63,770 nucleotides of DNA from contig NC_068991.1 in the NCBI RefSeq assembly GCF_001194135.2, positions 43,877,782 through 43,941,551 of the forward strand, in the 5' to 3' direction. The stretch's first letter is position 1, and every line of letters begins with the position of its first letter. The notes beneath the pieces were generated by a model that saw only the letters and a program-made list of their open reading frames with translations, ran no database searches and had not been told where the DNA came from. The position numbers were made by a program, and so were the translations under genes. The stretch is from Octopus bimaculoides (taxonomy: Eukaryota). Below are positions 61,751 to 63,770 of this stretch, piece by piece.

Positions 61751-63770
61751 GATACCACTATATAATGCCAGCCAAAGAGTTATGATTATGACTTTAGATA
61801 AATAACCCAGTATCTTAACAACTGTACCAATGCACTGTTTGGAAACTCTTCACCTCTAAGACCGTTTTGATGATATATTTACTGTTAATATTTATTTATT
61901 ATATTGGTTCTAGCTCTATTTGTGAAGTAATGTATTTAGATTGAACAATTGCTTCTAAATATGTGAATAAGATAATATTTTTTTAATGTTTACAAATGCA
62001 ACTATATTTCAATATAAACTCATCTATTTTGTGCTGAAATTATATTTTATTATTTAACAGTTTGCAAACCTGTACCTGAGTGAAACTTGTTCTTGTTATT
62101 TATCTAGAATAAATTTGGCAACAATCTACAAAGTTTCAGTTGGTCACTATAGTAGTGATGATGGCAGTTGTCTGACCCTGGAACCCTAATGGCAGAGGCC
62201 ACTAATTTGTAACTAATACCAACCTTTTAAAGACAGTAATTATATTTAGTCTTAAACTACATATTTAATTATATTATCTTGAAATTTTACATTTCTTATG
62301 ACAGAATGAGTAAATATCTCAGCATAATCAATAAATATCCATAAAATTTGTATATAGATGTTACTAACTCACCTCTGACCCCTCTCTTCAAGATCTCTGC
62401 CAAACATTTTAGATTTTGTTCAACACCAGCTTAAACCATTGAACCATTGTTTAGGCATCCTCATTCAGCTCTGGTGAAGCAAACTGTAGCTTGAGAACTA
62501 TAGCATTAAGACTGTCTGTTAAATGTATGACTATGATAGTCATTCACTAATATTGATTTTTCCTTACTGCATAAATATTTCTGGTTATTTTTATTTATAC
62601 TCCTTGCATTAAATATGTTAACACTAACTTAACCACAGTATCAGTAATGAAGTGACTGTTAACATACCAAATGTGGTGAGCATGTTAACTCTAATTCATT
62701 GAAACTAAGCCTGTATTAGGCAGAGATAAATATTGTTGAATAATGATTAACTAAAGCAAACAAAAGCAAGGACCAGAATTGAAAATCAAAGAGAAAGCAA
62801 TTTTTAAAAAAATGCTAACACATTAGAATTCCAATTAATTAAAATTTGAAATAGGTAATGCAGTGGTTGGTCGATTAGTCTGATCTTTATCAGGCACTTC
62901 CAGACATGATTCAGTCTTCTTATTAGACCCCATAATAAAGGTAAGCAAGGTAGCAGAATTGTTAAAGCATTAGAAAAATACTTTGCAGCCATGTCTTTCA
63001 GCTCTTTACATTCTGAGATCAAAGCCTGCTGAGATCAACTTTGTTTTTCATCCTTTTGGGGGTCAATGAAATAAAGCACTACTTCAGTAGTGTGGTCGAA
63101 AAAATAAAGTATCTGTACCAGTTATGGTATTAACTAACATGGTTCAATGGTATTAACTACCATTCTTTCCTCAAAATTGTTAATTATGTGCCTAAATTAG
63201 AAACATTATCAAACTTCCCTGTGAAATGTAGTTTATGTGACTTAAACTACATGCTTTTGTTTCTTAACACAAAAAAAGACAGTGGATTGGTAGAATTGTT
63301 TTAGCATCAAACAAAATGCTTTTTGTTGTTTATGGCCCTTTACATTCCAAGCTTAAATACCTCACTAAGTCAGAGCCATCGCATGACTTTTAGAGGCCCC
63401 CTGCAACTTTTTGTTTCAAGGCCCCATCTCTTCAATCAAAATTCATAATCTATGCGCCTTTATTATCTGCAAAAATCAAACAGTCCCTTACAGCTTGTTG
63501 CATTTTAGAATCATCACAGCAGAGTCTGCTGCCATGATTCTAAAATATGACACGTAAGAAAACTAACGGTATATCTTTTTTCTACTCCTCCGTACATAGA
63601 TACATACACTCACACAAACTTCTGTGTGTGCATATTCACATGCGCACACCTTGTGTTTGGTACAGAAAGAATTTTGCCTCCAGTTTTTATTGCCTTAGGA
63701 GGTCAAAGGCCACTGTTCTAGGTACAAAGTGACCAGCTTTTCAACAACATCAAATATATATATATATATA

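Noticed and set aside
63371-63430. hAT MITE-like left end CAGAGCCATC with GGCCCC motifs
   Set aside because: No matching right TIR or TSD seen before the window ends.

Overview
AT-rich animal genomic DNA from a gapped draft scaffold (8 N-runs). The repeat repertoire points to an octopus or other coleoid cephalopod; this is inferred, not shown. I could not identify a host gene. The window reads as intronic or intergenic DNA made mostly of transposon relics. It holds three tRNA-headed SINE families (dozens of copies), RTE, CR1-like, R4/Dong-like and HERO-like LINE fragments, Penelope-like (RT + GIY-YIG) remnants, Tc1/mariner/Tigger relics, hAT- and Merlin-like MITEs, a Gypsy pol fragment, a Helitron helicase tip, a U6 snRNA pseudogene and many microsatellites. 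The most notable signal is invisible to the ORF track: three unrelated short non-coding element families each carry a minimal type I hammerhead ribozyme motif with a (near-)palindromic stem III (48.8-49.3 kb; 3.4-4.1 and 35.7-36.0 kb; 55.3-55.5 kb). They are inserted as fold-back or partial-tandem structures typical of Penelope-type retrotransposition. One has a tRNA-derived Pol III head; another looks like a 354-bp retrozyme monomer. All family assignments come from motif recognition by eye, with no database search. Ribozyme activity is untested.
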